The notes beneath the pieces are model-generated. The model was given only the letters and a program-made list of their open reading frames with translations, was not told the DNA's origin and did no database searches. Positions 31,544 to 41,299 of a DNA stretch of 64,000 nucleotides are shown here, piece by piece. The DNA is from a virus (lineage: Duplodnaviria > Heunggongvirae > Uroviricota > Caudoviricetes), in IMG/VR virus record IMGVR_UViG_3300042914_002848, one strand, 5' to 3'. A program made the translations under genes and the position numbers. Every line of letters begins with the position of its first letter. Within the stretch, counting starts at the first letter, position 1.

Positions 31544-32437
31544 TTAATTCTGCCCATACTGATTTAAGTAATTAAGAACCGCTAATTCTTTCATTTTAGC
31601 TTCTACTTCAATATCCAAATCGTAACCATAAGTTTCAATTTTGTTTGAAATAAAATCTGAATGTGCTTGAGGGATTTTACCTGGTGCTGATTCTGAATAG
31701 TGAACTACGGGTTTGATTCCATCGGGCCAAGTTGTCATTGCTAACTCCAAAGCTTCCTGCTCTGATAAACCACCTGTACAAAATTTGTGGTGGTGGTAAT
31801 CAAATACAATTGGGATACCAGTTCTTTGGTGGATATACATCAGGTCTTTTACTGAATACATACTTGCCTTATCATCGTTTTCTACCGTCAGCCTGGTTTT
31901 AACCGATTCAGGCAACCTTTCAAAGTTCCGACAGAATCTATCCATCGCTGATTCTTTATCCCCATAGACACCATTACAATGGATATTAATGACATTGTAG
32001 GGGGTTCTACTCAACCCCATCAGGTCAAAGACCTCCCCATGCAACGATAAATCGGTTATGGTGTTGTTTACCACCTTTTCATTGGGTGAAACGAGTACAT
32101 TAAAGGGGCCAGGATGAGATGTAATCCTTTGTCCATAGTTGGATACCAATACCCCAGCACCCTTCAGGAGATTGGATATATGAGCAAAATGAGGCATATC
32201 TGATAGTGGGTACTCAGATGACCAGGGGAATAGATTGGAGGTGATTCTAAAGAGTTTTATACCCATATTTTCATTCCATTTGATAATCTCTATCAGGTCA
32301 CGAGTGTTTTGCAACCCAAGCTCCGAAGCCCTGCTAATACCTTCCTTTAAAAAGGTTTTTCTAATCATACCCCTATTGGTGGTAATCTTTTTCTTGCCCA
32401 AAGTCATATTGATGCAAGCGTATCCTAAGTTTGACAT
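31544..32437 (-). CDS. uvsE: UV DNA damage endonuclease
   Basis: LGYACIN, LFRITSNLFP, HPGPFNVLVSP, INIH, RLTVENDD, FDYHHH, HYSES, HSD, EAKMKE; likely start at 32437. Confidence 0.93.
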   Translation of the reverse strand: MSNLGYACINMTLGKKKITTNRGMIRKTFLKEGISRASELGLQNTRDLIEIIKWNENMGIKLFRITSNLFPWSSEYPLSDMPHFAHISNLLKGAGVLVSNYGQRITSHPGPFNVLVSPNEKVVNNTITDLSLHGEVFDLMGLSRTPYNVINIHCNGVYGDKESAMDRFCRNFERLPESVKTRLTVENDDKASMYSVKDLMYIHQRTGIPIVFDYHHHKFCTGGLSEQEALELAMTTWPDGIKPVVHYSESAPGKIPQAHSDFISNKIETYGYDLDIEVEAKMKELAVLNYLNQYGQN

Positions 32438-32518
32438 AGTTTTTGGTTTAGATACTACAAATATAATAAAAAAGGGGGATTTTTCCAAACCCCCCATATT
32501 AAATTTTCGTTAATTTTT

Positions 32519-33520
32519 TTAAATTGAATGTGGTGAATAACTGAAAATAATATTTTGAACAGATTGACACTTCACTCTGATGATAGATTCTATCTCCGAT
32601 TTAAATGAATCTGAATTTTCAAAATACATTGGTTTACCATAGTAAATAAAACAAAGTGTACCTGCCTCTTCCAATACATCAATTTTGTTGAACACCATAT
32701 CGGTTACACCATTTAAATTTATTGCTTTGATAAGTAAGTCCATATCCAACCAATTAACTTGTCTACTCCTACCAGTGGTAGCACCATATTCATTACCCAA
32801 CAATCGAATCTTACTAAAGATTTCATTATCCCCCTCAAATTGCTTTGCTCCTACATAGGTACGATATCCTTTTGCTACCCCATACACCTTTCGTATCTTT
32901 TGTGGTGGAACACCATTCATAATAGCAGAACCAACTGTACAATGTGATGATGTTACATAAGGGTAATCACCCCAATCAATATCTAACTCAAATCCTTGAG
33001 CACCTTCAAATAAGATTTTTACAGATGTACTACCATAAAACTCTTCGTAGATATCAATAATGTTTTTTAATTTGAATGTATCACCCACTCTAATACCTGT
33101 TCGGGCATACTTATCCCGATACGCAGGCCCATTGCCTGTTTTGGTAGTTCCTATTTTTGTATCTTTGGAATCTTCCATCAAATGTTCGGACCTTATCATA
33201 TGAACCCTCTTATCTATGAAAAGATAATCAGATACATTAATACCCTTATCCTCTAATTCTTTCCATTCCTTATAAAGGTCTGAAATGTTTACTACACATC
33301 CAGGCCCGATGATAGATTTAATACCATAGAATACACCAACGGGAATATAGTGGGTTACAAATTTTTCTCCATTGTGATAAACGGTATGGCCGGCATTTCC
33401 CCCTCCATTATAACGAACCACATGAGTGTATTCTTTATCTTTGGATAGGAAATGCGCAACCTTACCTTTACCAGTATCACCGGCTTGTAAATCTACAATA
33501 ATATCAGCGTACTGAATCAT
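32519..33520 (-). CDS. purA: Adenylosuccinate synthetase (short form)
   Basis: GDTGKGK, GGGNAGHT, IGTTKTGNGPAY, EGAQG..LDID.G.YPYVTSS, GATTGRSR, NKID. Confidence 0.88.
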   Translation of the reverse strand: MIQYADIIVDLQAGDTGKGKVAHFLSKDKEYTHVVRYNGGGNAGHTVYHNGEKFVTHYIPVGVFYGIKSIIGPGCVVNISDLYKEWKELEDKGINVSDYLFIDKRVHMIRSEHLMEDSKDTKIGTTKTGNGPAYRDKYARTGIRVGDTFKLKNIIDIYEEFYGSTSVKILFEGAQGFELDIDWGDYPYVTSSHCTVGSAIMNGVPPQKIRKVYGVAKGYRTYVGAKQFEGDNEIFSKIRLLGNEYGATTGRSRQVNWLDMDLLIKAINLNGVTDMVFNKIDVLEEAGTLCFIYYGKPMYFENSDSFKSEIESIIRVKCQSVQNIIFSYSPHSI

Positions 33521-33568
33521 ACATAACTTTTTAAAAGATTATAACCCAAAGGCGCGGGTTTTATTTGA

Positions 33569-33985
33569 TTACTTAATTTTTAGTGATTTTGGTTTTGATT
33601 CTTCAGCAAATGGAATACTGATTTTGAGTAAACCATCTTTCATAGATGCTTCTGCTGAATTCAAATCATATTTACGGGCAATCTTATATCCTAAATTAAA
33701 AGAGCGCTTTGCGATTCCTTTGTGAATATAGTTTACACCTTCTTTGGTTTCATCTTTTTTGGTATAAGAAACCCTCAACAAATCGCCTTCAATATTGATA
33801 TCAATATCTTCTTTGGTTAAACCGGTGCCAGCGATTTCAAAACATAACCCTTCTTTAGTTTCGTAGATATCTACGGGATGACCGATTTTTACATCCATCG
33901 CTGGTGCGAAAAATGAATCGGTTGTGAAAAAGTTTTTCACCAAAATATCAAATGGTGAAGCAGGTAATTCTCTAATGTGTGTCAT
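33569..33985 (-). CDS. Small heat-shock protein (Hsp20)
   Basis: PVDIYET, EIAGTGL.KEDIDI, YIHKGIAKRSF, ASMKDGLLKISIP. Confidence 0.93.
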   Translation of the reverse strand: MTHIRELPASPFDILVKNFFTTDSFFAPAMDVKIGHPVDIYETKEGLCFEIAGTGLTKEDIDINIEGDLLRVSYTKKDETKEGVNYIHKGIAKRSFNLGYKIARKYDLNSAEASMKDGLLKISIPFAEESKPKSLKIK

Positions 33986-34101
33986 AATAGTCCTTAAATC
34001 TATTTTAATTGTTAAACATAATTTTAATTTTGACCCCTTACGGTAGTCGGTTGCGCCCTTAGGTTATACTCTTTTAATATATATCAAAAATCATACCAAA
34101 G

Positions 34102-34320
34102 TTATTTGTGTCTTGAATTATGTAATTGGAACAAATAAGCCTTTGCTTCGGATTGAGTTGGTGTGGATGTTAAATAAACTTCTCTCCCATTTGATGAATT
34201 AACTAAATAGCATCTGAACTCATCTTCCATAAACAATTTATTGAAAAAAATTTTTGTATCTTTTTTATACCGAATCTGACCAAATATTCCATTATCAAAA
34301 TCAAACTCATCAAGTATCAT
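34102..34320 (-). CDS. Hypothetical protein
   Basis: 72-aa ORF. Confidence 0.55.
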   Translation of the reverse strand: MILDEFDFDNGIFGQIRYKKDTKIFFNKLFMEDEFRCYLVNSSNGREVYLTSTPTQSEAKAYLFQLHNSRHK

Positions 34321-34323
34321 AAA

Positions 34324-34707
34324 TTAATTTAATGATGTTGGTGGTACTTGTCCTATTACAATAAATCTATGCGTATCCCCATTTGGGGAACGAACTACAT
34401 CAGATTTTTTAAGTATAAATCCATCACAAATCAATTTAAGTAGTACGGGTGTAATATCTTCGTTTTGTAGACATTGAATTTTTATGAACTTTTTATTTTT
34501 ATCTTCAGTATCATAATCGGAAAATAAACTTTCCAATCTGTCCGCATCTAAACTATCCTCATCAGAAAATTCTATAATATCTTCTTCATCGCCCAGCTTT
34601 TCAAAAAAGCCTGAATACATATCGGAAAAATATATCAACTTATCTCTTGGTGAGAGAGATTTATAGAAATCATACTCCTGCTCATTCCAGAAAACTTCCA
34701 TATCCAT
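34324..34707 (-). CDS. Hypothetical acidic protein
   Basis: 127-aa ORF. Confidence 0.6.
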   Translation of the reverse strand: MDMEVFWNEQEYDFYKSLSPRDKLIYFSDMYSGFFEKLGDEEDIIEFSDEDSLDADRLESLFSDYDTEDKNKKFIKIQCLQNEDITPVLLKLICDGFILKKSDVVRSPNGDTHRFIVIGQVPPTSLN

Positions 34708-34719
34708 AGTAATAAATAG

Positions 34720-35208
34720 TTAATCTTTTTTATATTGTTCGTTTAACCAAACTAAAATTTCTTTGGATAATGCGTAACCACTTTCAGCAATATACTCATC
34801 AATTATCCACACAACCTCTTCCAATATTTCGTTTTTATTATAATATGTTTTATTCAAAATAAGTTGCAGTCTTTCCCGCATTTTAGTTTTATAAACATCA
34901 TCTACCTCTACATCGGTAGAAAAGAAAACTGTTTTAAGATTATTTTTTACTAAAGTATAATATGGTTCTTTTTTCTTTTTTATTATATCAGCACAATTGG
35001 AAATATAATTATCAAAAGTTTCTTTGTTTAAAAGAATTGATTCTCTATCTGTTGCGTTATGTATATGCGTTATTGGCCCAGTAGTCGGTGCGTTTGAGCT
35101 AATAGCAAATGAATGTGATGTGTGTGGGTCTGGCTTAAATCCATATCCACCAAACAAAGCATCTTTTAATTTTTCAAATTCAGTAGTGCTTTGATTGTTT
35201 GAACCCAT
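34720..35208 (-). CDS. Hypothetical protein
   Basis: 162-aa ORF. Confidence 0.6.
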   Translation of the reverse strand: MGSNNQSTTEFEKLKDALFGGYGFKPDPHTSHSFAISSNAPTTGPITHIHNATDRESILLNKETFDNYISNCADIIKKKKEPYYTLVKNNLKTVFFSTDVEVDDVYKTKMRERLQLILNKTYYNKNEILEEVVWIIDEYIAESGYALSKEILVWLNEQYKKD

Positions 35209-35217
35209 TGTGTTTTA

Positions 35218-35523
35218 TTAGTTAAATATATTTAACCTATACTTTTTTTCTACTGTTAGTAAAGCATCATTAAGAGTATCAATAATTCGTTCTGCTTCCG
35301 CTTTTGTAATTACCATTTCATTATTCCCTATCTTTAAACTACCAATTTCGGTAAATGGTTTTACGGGATAATCGGATGGCTTTAGTTCGGGATTAATTTG
35401 TAAATCAATATCAGTATAGTTTTTTCCAGCGTATTTCTGAAACTTAGCTTCCTGTTTTTGAGTTATTCCAAACGAATTATTTACATAACTCTTAATCGGT
35501 GCGTTTTTATATTTACTATTCAT
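35218..35523 (-). CDS. Hypothetical protein
   Basis: 101-aa ORF. Confidence 0.6.
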   Translation of the reverse strand: MNSKYKNAPIKSYVNNSFGITQKQEAKFQKYAGKNYTDIDLQINPELKPSDYPVKPFTEIGSLKIGNNEMVITKAEAERIIDTLNDALLTVEKKYRLNIFN

Positions 35524-35569
35524 AACTTTTTTGTTTAATTGTTATACAATAATAAATATAGAAAAAGAA

Positions 35570-35920
35570 TTAATTATTATCTATTTTTGACTTTTTGTTT
35601 TTCCTAAAATTACGGGATGATACCCTATTGAATTTTCTTTCATCAAAATCCATTATACTTTTATCGGGATGTGTGCGATTAATATTCTGAATCGTTTTCA
35701 AACATTCATTAGCCCAATACCAAGCATCCATAATAGTTGGTTGAGAGGGTAAATAAACCTCATCACCAATATACCCACCATATCCATTAGATACTTTGTA
35801 TCTGCCCTCTGGAGTCATAGTGGTTTTAGCATCAGGAAACTTTTTAAGTACACGCCGTTTAATCCTATCAAACTGCGGATTCACCGATACTACCTTCGGC
35901 TGCGTCATTTTCTTTTTCAT
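35570..35920 (-). CDS. Hypothetical basic protein
   Basis: 116-aa ORF. Confidence 0.6.
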   Translation of the reverse strand: MKKKMTQPKVVSVNPQFDRIKRRVLKKFPDAKTTMTPEGRYKVSNGYGGYIGDEVYLPSQPTIMDAWYWANECLKTIQNINRTHPDKSIMDFDERKFNRVSSRNFRKNKKSKIDNN

Positions 35921-36122
35921 TGAATAATTGGGTTAATCGTTTATTGATTAAAAAGCCATTAGCTATTTCTTTATTAAGTGAACAATTTTCTATCAATCTA
36001 CCATCTTCTAATTTTACATCGTAAGCATTGCTGTTTCTGATTTTTGTTTTTGAAACAACCTTACCCACCATAAAATTAGTATATACACTAACTACTACTC
36101 TGTCTCCTATGCTATAAACCAT
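35868..36122 (-). CDS. Small SH3/KOW-like protein
   Basis: YSIGDRVVV...GKVV...YDVKLEDG. Confidence 0.5.
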   Translation of the reverse strand: MVYSIGDRVVVSVYTNFMVGKVVSKTKIRNSNAYDVKLEDGRLIENCSLNKEIANGFLINKRLTQLFNEKENDAAEGSIGESAV

Positions 36123-36124
36123 AC

Positions 36125-36328
36125 TTAATTTCCAATCACATTTAGAATTTTTGTTTGTGTAACGGAACTAACTTCAAACTCCAATGGAGAATTTTGTAGA
36201 AACGCGGTGATATGTGCTTCTGCATCTGTAACCGATACTGCTTTTATCAAATACTGTTCCGTGTTCTTTTTGATTTTACCATTACCATTATCGGTCTCAA
36301 CTTTTACTTTTACTAAATAGTACATCAT
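36125..36328 (-). CDS. DUF4494-like protein (Bacteroidota family)
   Basis: YYLVKVKVE...KIKKNTEQYLIKAVSVTDAEA pattern. Confidence 0.65.
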   Translation of the reverse strand: MMYYLVKVKVETDNGNGKIKKNTEQYLIKAVSVTDAEAHITAFLQNSPLEFEVSSVTQTKILNVIGN

Positions 36329-36335
36329 AATTTTT

Positions 36336-36602
36336 TTACTTTAATTTATTTTTAACGATTTCACAAGTTTTATGAAAATTTTCTTTACCCCATTTACCTA
36401 ATTGTTCGTGATGAGAATGGGATATTACCTCACCACTAACAGCAGCAGTTCCATAAGCAAACCTCTTCAGTTTATAACCTGATAGTGGGGTTGAAAACCT
36501 TTTTAGGTATTCTGCTTTACTATCTAAATATTCAAAGAATTCATCTCTGGATAAAGATTCCAATTCTTCGTTACTCAATGGTTTGTTCGGGTCATACATC
36601 AT
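36336..36602 (-). CDS. Hypothetical protein
   Basis: 88-aa ORF with upstream promoter-like sequence. Confidence 0.6.
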   Translation of the reverse strand: MMYDPNKPLSNEELESLSRDEFFEYLDSKAEYLKRFSTPLSGYKLKRFAYGTAAVSGEVISHSHHEQLGKWGKENFHKTCEIVKNKLK

Positions 36603-36630
36603 ATCAAATATACAAAAGAAATTTTAAATA

Positions 36631-36933
36631 TCAAAATATTGGTGATACATTTTTTTGAGAATAACTATCTTTCTCACAAATTTCAAATCTATAATTACCA
36701 TTACCATTATCCCACATTGTAATAATGAATGTATCCGCCGTTCCAATTGCTTGACAGACTCCTCTGAAAGCAGGTGCTTCTTTAATAACAATACCGCCAT
36801 GCCTGTTAAGCGCTTTAATCCTACCCAATGCTCTGATAGGTCCCACAAAATCGGATTGCTTATATCTAGTATAATGATTTTTTTTATACTCTTTTAATGC
36901 GTTTAAGGTTTTCATCTTGGGTTTCATCTTCAT
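36631..36933 (-). CDS. Hypothetical protein
   Basis: 100-aa ORF. Confidence 0.55.
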   Translation of the reverse strand: MKMKPKMKTLNALKEYKKNHYTRYKQSDFVGPIRALGRIKALNRHGGIVIKEAPAFRGVCQAIGTADTFIITMWDNGNGNYRFEICEKDSYSQKNVSPIF

Positions 36934-37352
36934 TATTTATTAATTGATTTTTGATAGTAATAATTATATAACTCATCTAAATCCATTGGGGATTCATTCA
37001 TCATTTCATCCCACACATCAATACCAAACTTTTTTTGTAGTTCACTCCGAAGCGAATTCAATATACGAATCTCATCTAACTCACCTTCAAATTCAAGCTT
37101 CAAAGCACGAACCCTATCCATCCTACTCGCATCCCGTGCAGATTCACACCTATCAAAGTCTGAACTGCCACCATACTTTTTATAGGCAAGTTCATATGCA
37201 CGATTTGCTTTTTTCCTAGCCTCAAAAGCCTGTTTGAAAAAATCGGATAAATCAAAATCACCATTTACAATCTTATCATAAAGATGCGCATTAAAAGAAA
37301 GGGGCTCTTTACGAGCCCCATTTCTCCACCATTTGAACTTATTATACCCCAT
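36933..37352 (-). CDS. Hypothetical protein
   Basis: 139-aa ORF. Confidence 0.6.
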   Translation of the reverse strand: MGYNKFKWWRNGARKEPLSFNAHLYDKIVNGDFDLSDFFKQAFEARKKANRAYELAYKKYGGSSDFDRCESARDASRMDRVRALKLEFEGELDEIRILNSLRSELQKKFGIDVWDEMMNESPMDLDELYNYYYQKSINK

Positions 37353-37357
37353 ATAAA

Positions 37358-38644
37358 TTAAAACGGATTATTAACAGCAGTATCTTCGGTATTGAAGAGG
37401 TTTTCTTCACCAGTTTTTACAAACTTTTGAACGAACTGCTTCATAAACACACGCTCCGATTGAGCCCCACCACTACTATCAAAGAAGGGATAGATAGCAA
37501 TCTCAGCGGCCTCAGTCAAACTAAATCCATCGTAGAGTAGCGAACCAATTTCCACCGCAGTACGAGTAGATAGCGAGTTAGTCAGTTTGGGTGATTCACT
37601 ACGAATCTCATCACGAGTCATCGCCGTAATTTCAGCCACATTGCCCAACAGTTCCGAAGATACTGAAGGATACATCATCCCAAGCAAAGTTGATTCTTCA
37701 TCCTTAGTCAACGAATCCATTTCAATAATCGTAAATCGGTCTAAGATAGCACGGTCAAGCATTCGGGTGGCGGTATATTCATTACCAATGTTAGCGGAAG
37801 CGATGAACGAAACACCATCGGCCACATTGATAGTGGGAGCATCAGCGGCTTCATCCAAACGAAGGTAGCGTTGGCCAGGGTCAAGAACCGTCATCAAAAT
37901 GTTCCACGCTTCAGGATGCGCCCTCGTAATCTCGTCCAACACAACCACAGTGTTTGGTGTTTGGATTGCCTTTACAAAAGGTGATTGATTAAACACAGTA
38001 CCTTTGGCCGTGTCATATTGAGTATTACCAATCAAAGTAGTTCGCGGGTCCTGCGTAGCACCCAAGTTGATGATGAAAGTAGAATACCCATCAATTGAAG
38101 AAGCCGCAGCTTTAGCAGCCATCGTCTTACCACATCCAGCCGCACCGGTCATCATAATGTTCTTACCACGAAGAATATTACGAATTAAATATTTCCATTT
38201 AAGTTCTGGCATAAACAACATCTTCGGCTTCAACTCCGCAGCTTCGCAGTGAATAAAGTTCAAAACATTTTCAGGCATAACCACCGGAGCGGTGGTTTGA
38301 GCTGGGGTTGATACCACAGTCACAGTAGGTTTGTGAACCGAATCCACAGCGTACTGCCCCAACCCACCATTTGGTTTATTGAAGTTCATAACAGGAGTGG
38401 TATCGGTTGCTTTAGAAGCGGGAACACGGCCAAAACAAAGTTCACCAGATGTGAACGAACCCTTTACCCTAATTTTGAATCGGAATTTATCAGGTCGCTT
38501 AGAAGCCTGAAGAGCCCTGCTGTAGAGGGAAGTCCCTTTCTCATTAAGAGCTGGGATGTTGAACATTGCTCCATTTGAATCTTGGAACATTAGTACGCCG
38601 TTACTTTGAACGATAGTACCGAAAACGAATCTTTGGTTTTTCAT
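37358..38644 (-). CDS. MoxR/CobS-like AAA+ ATPase
   Basis: Walker A GAAGCGKT, Walker B VVVLDEITRA, ASAN, LDRAILDRF, LSTR. Confidence 0.9.
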   Translation of the reverse strand: MKNQRFVFGTIVQSNGVLMFQDSNGAMFNIPALNEKGTSLYSRALQASKRPDKFRFKIRVKGSFTSGELCFGRVPASKATDTTPVMNFNKPNGGLGQYAVDSVHKPTVTVVSTPAQTTAPVVMPENVLNFIHCEAAELKPKMLFMPELKWKYLIRNILRGKNIMMTGAAGCGKTMAAKAAASSIDGYSTFIINLGATQDPRTTLIGNTQYDTAKGTVFNQSPFVKAIQTPNTVVVLDEITRAHPEAWNILMTVLDPGQRYLRLDEAADAPTINVADGVSFIASANIGNEYTATRMLDRAILDRFTIIEMDSLTKDEESTLLGMMYPSVSSELLGNVAEITAMTRDEIRSESPKLTNSLSTRTAVEIGSLLYDGFSLTEAAEIAIYPFFDSSGGAQSERVFMKQFVQKFVKTGEENLFNTEDTAVNNPF

Positions 38645-38657
38645 ATATAGGGGTTTA

Positions 38658-38777
38658 ACTTACAATATAAAGATACTACAAAAGTAGCAATTATCCAAAC
38701 TTTTTATGTTAAATTTGCGTTAAATTTATCCACAGCGTATCCACATTTGAGGGAAAAGTGTCCATTTTATTGGACAC
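38658..38777 (-). promoter_or_regulatory. Early promoter module (promoter, TTAA repeats, DnaA box, palindrome)
   Basis: TTTGG-N19-TATCTTTA; TTATCCACA 38726; GTGTCCA-N6-TGGACAC 38758. Confidence 0.7.
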
Positions 38778-40941
38778 CCACCTCAAACTTACCATTTAAT
38801 GTCTTAGCCAGGTCCATAACCTCTTTTACATTAATGAACCTCGCGTCCTTACCATACATCCGATTAAAATCATCGGCGTAGGAGGTATTATGCATTCGTT
38901 GCGAACTATATTCACTAATAAAGTAAGATAGAACACTAACACCACCCATCCTCATTTTATTGACCTGGTCAGCGGTGTGTTTAATAGCAGAGTCGCCCTC
39001 ATAACTCATTTCCTTATTTTCAAAGGTAGGCATACCATCCGAAAAGTTAATTAGGTATTTATCGGAATTATCTTTGGAATTCAAAATTTCTCCCATAATC
39101 GCCTCATAACACAATCCTTCAGGTGTTGTACCATTTGGAATTAAATGTTTGAACATACTTTTAATCTTTGAGAAATTATCAACCCTACTATCATAAGCAA
39201 TTACAATCATCGGAACTGATGTGCCATTATCATATGTGCTTCGGTAACTAATAACCACATTGATATTTGATATCATTGAAGCGGCCTTAGCGATAGCAAC
39301 CACAGCAGTTTGTGTGTTATCCCATTTCTTTCCACCCATTGAACCACTAGCATCAACTGAAATGTGAAGAGTAACCGGCTTTACCGAATTAGTTTGAATC
39401 TTTTCAAAGATATTGAAATTACCAAACCCAACCTCGTGTAACATTCGGGATGATATTTTACCCGATTTAAGACGGGGTGTAACCAAACTACGATTCTCAT
39501 CACGCGTTTTCAGCTTCTTACCCAATAAAACACCTAATGCGATACCATTATCAATGTGGGTTTGATTATAATCAGTTCTACCATTGTAGTTTGTAGTAAT
39601 ACCAAATGCCTGAGATTCAATCAGCGATTTAGTCAGCTTCCTAACTAAATAACACGATGTTTTCTGAACACCACGCCATTGAATTTCAGCGGATACATTC
39701 TTCAAATCTACATCAGATTCTTCTAAAGCGTTTACTACAGAGGATTCATTTTTACCAATCTTCCTTTTAGCAATATCACCATTCAAAAAATCTTTCTGCT
39801 TTTTTATAGCGTTATTAAGTCTGTTTCTAAGAGAAGGTGAAAGTTTATCTCCAGAACCACCAGAACTATTGTTAGAAGAATCACCATCAGAAGAATCACC
39901 ATCAGAAGAATCACCATCAGAAGAATCACCATCAGAAGAATTACTCATATCCAAATTACCATCACCATTAGATTCCATAGAATCGTTACCTGTTTGGGGT
40001 GAATCAGTATCACCTGTCATTGGTGAATTACCGTTAGAATCACCTGAAGATGATTCATTACCATCACCATCAGATGAAGAAGATGATTCTTTACTTTGTG
40101 CGGGGTTATTAGTATAAACTGCATCAAAGATAGTTAAGAAAATATTAGAAGCCAACTCCAAACTATCAGTAGTAGTTTTTAACCTACCAATGTTTTTTAA
40201 ATCCATCAAAGCCCAAATCGTTGGAAAAGATTTTAGAGCACCCAACCTACGATTTTTGTTTGTAATGTTGATGAGTCGGAACATATAAGATTCCCAATCT
40301 TCGGTGGTATATTCATCAGATACCAAAGCCTTATCAATAACACTATCATTAAAGTATTTATCATACATAGAGTGATAGTACCCACGATAACCAGGGGCTG
40401 TGTTATAAATGTAATTATCAATTCGCCTATCCTCAACAATATTAAGGATATCTTTTAGATAAGTATATGCATCCTGCCTCAATGCACGAACAGCCAATAT
40501 ATCAGATTCAAATACCGTCGGCATTTCAGCAATACGATTAGCAATAACGGGTGGTATCACTGTAGAGCTTGGTGCGAAATATTTTTGAAGAATACTAAAT
40601 TCGGTAAGTTTAATGTGCGAACCTTCGTGGAGAGCCAAACCTACCGTCGGGTCAAATTCAGCATCATCCAATTTTGAAGAAATTACCACAGTACTACCAT
40701 CAGTATAAGATTGGTTGCCTGTAGAAAATTTGACAGGAATTTGTTTGTTTGTTACAATTCTAACAAAGTTAGAAATGGCCCGTTTATAAGAGGCCAACTT
40801 AATAAGGTCATTAGTTTTGACCTCATACGCATCAGTTTTAGTAGAACCACCAAAACCACCACGATATATGGTAGGGGTAAAGAGCGACTTATCCAACCAA
40901 TAGTCGGAATAGTAGGACTTGCTTTTTTTGTATTTTTTCAT
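38767..40941 (-). CDS. VWA-domain protein with N-terminal HExxH metallopeptidase-like domain (CobT-like partner of the AAA ATPase)
   Basis: LHEGSH, NIVEDRRID, acidic S/D/G linker, MIDAS DASGSM, GTTPEG, NFSDGMP. Confidence 0.87.
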   Translation of the reverse strand: MKKYKKSKSYYSDYWLDKSLFTPTIYRGGFGGSTKTDAYEVKTNDLIKLASYKRAISNFVRIVTNKQIPVKFSTGNQSYTDGSTVVISSKLDDAEFDPTVGLALHEGSHIKLTEFSILQKYFAPSSTVIPPVIANRIAEMPTVFESDILAVRALRQDAYTYLKDILNIVEDRRIDNYIYNTAPGYRGYYHSMYDKYFNDSVIDKALVSDEYTTEDWESYMFRLINITNKNRRLGALKSFPTIWALMDLKNIGRLKTTTDSLELASNIFLTIFDAVYTNNPAQSKESSSSSDGDGNESSSGDSNGNSPMTGDTDSPQTGNDSMESNGDGNLDMSNSSDGDSSDGDSSDGDSSDGDSSNNSSGGSGDKLSPSLRNRLNNAIKKQKDFLNGDIAKRKIGKNESSVVNALEESDVDLKNVSAEIQWRGVQKTSCYLVRKLTKSLIESQAFGITTNYNGRTDYNQTHIDNGIALGVLLGKKLKTRDENRSLVTPRLKSGKISSRMLHEVGFGNFNIFEKIQTNSVKPVTLHISVDASGSMGGKKWDNTQTAVVAIAKAASMISNINVVISYRSTYDNGTSVPMIVIAYDSRVDNFSKIKSMFKHLIPNGTTPEGLCYEAIMGEILNSKDNSDKYLINFSDGMPTFENKEMSYEGDSAIKHTADQVNKMRMGGVSVLSYFISEYSSQRMHNTSYADDFNRMYGKDARFINVKEVMDLAKTLNGKFEVGVQ
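39874..39940. repeat. 15-bp tandem repeat AGAAGAATCACCATC x4 (encodes SSDGD in the VWA linker)
   Basis: Read directly. Confidence 0.9.
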
Positions 40942-40955
40942 ATAGGAGGAATTAA

Positions 40956-41025
40956 CTTACAAAGTAAAGATAATACAGAAATAGGGAATATCCAAACTTT
41001 CAATATTAAATTTGCGTTAAATCTT
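40956..41025 (-). promoter_or_regulatory. Early promoter module
   Basis: TTTGG-N19-TATCTTTACTTTGTAA with upstream TTAA-N7-TTAA. Confidence 0.7.
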
Positions 41026-41193
41026 TTAACCAAGATTTGTTCTTTCTTGAATAAGATTTAGGTGACTTGACCACCTGTTCTGTCATTTTTTTACTGATAT
41101 GGTGTGCAGCCTCTCCTGAACTCCAATTGCCGTTAAAATCAAGCAATTTCCTGTCTCTTTTGGTTTTACTCATATCAATAACTATTTAATACC

Positions 41194-41292
41194 CAAAGAT
41201 AAGTATAAAAGAGCAAAAATCCAAACTTTTGAGATTAAAATTCCATTAAAGTTATCCACATTCGTGTGGAAAAGTGTCCAATTTATTGGACA
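41194..41292 (-). promoter_or_regulatory. Early promoter module with DnaA box and palindrome
   Basis: TATCTTTG; TTATCCACA 41252; TGTCCAATTTATTGGACA 41275. Confidence 0.7.
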
Positions 41293-41299
41293 GTTGGTT

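Noticed and set aside
28879-33520. Z-genome (2-aminoadenine) pathway: PurZ plus DatZ-like HD enzyme
   Set aside because: The synthetase keeps the catalytic Asp (GDTGKG), GATTGR and NKID of PurA. The HD protein is of the PAS..H..PGG type rather than clearly DatZ, and no MazZ is seen.
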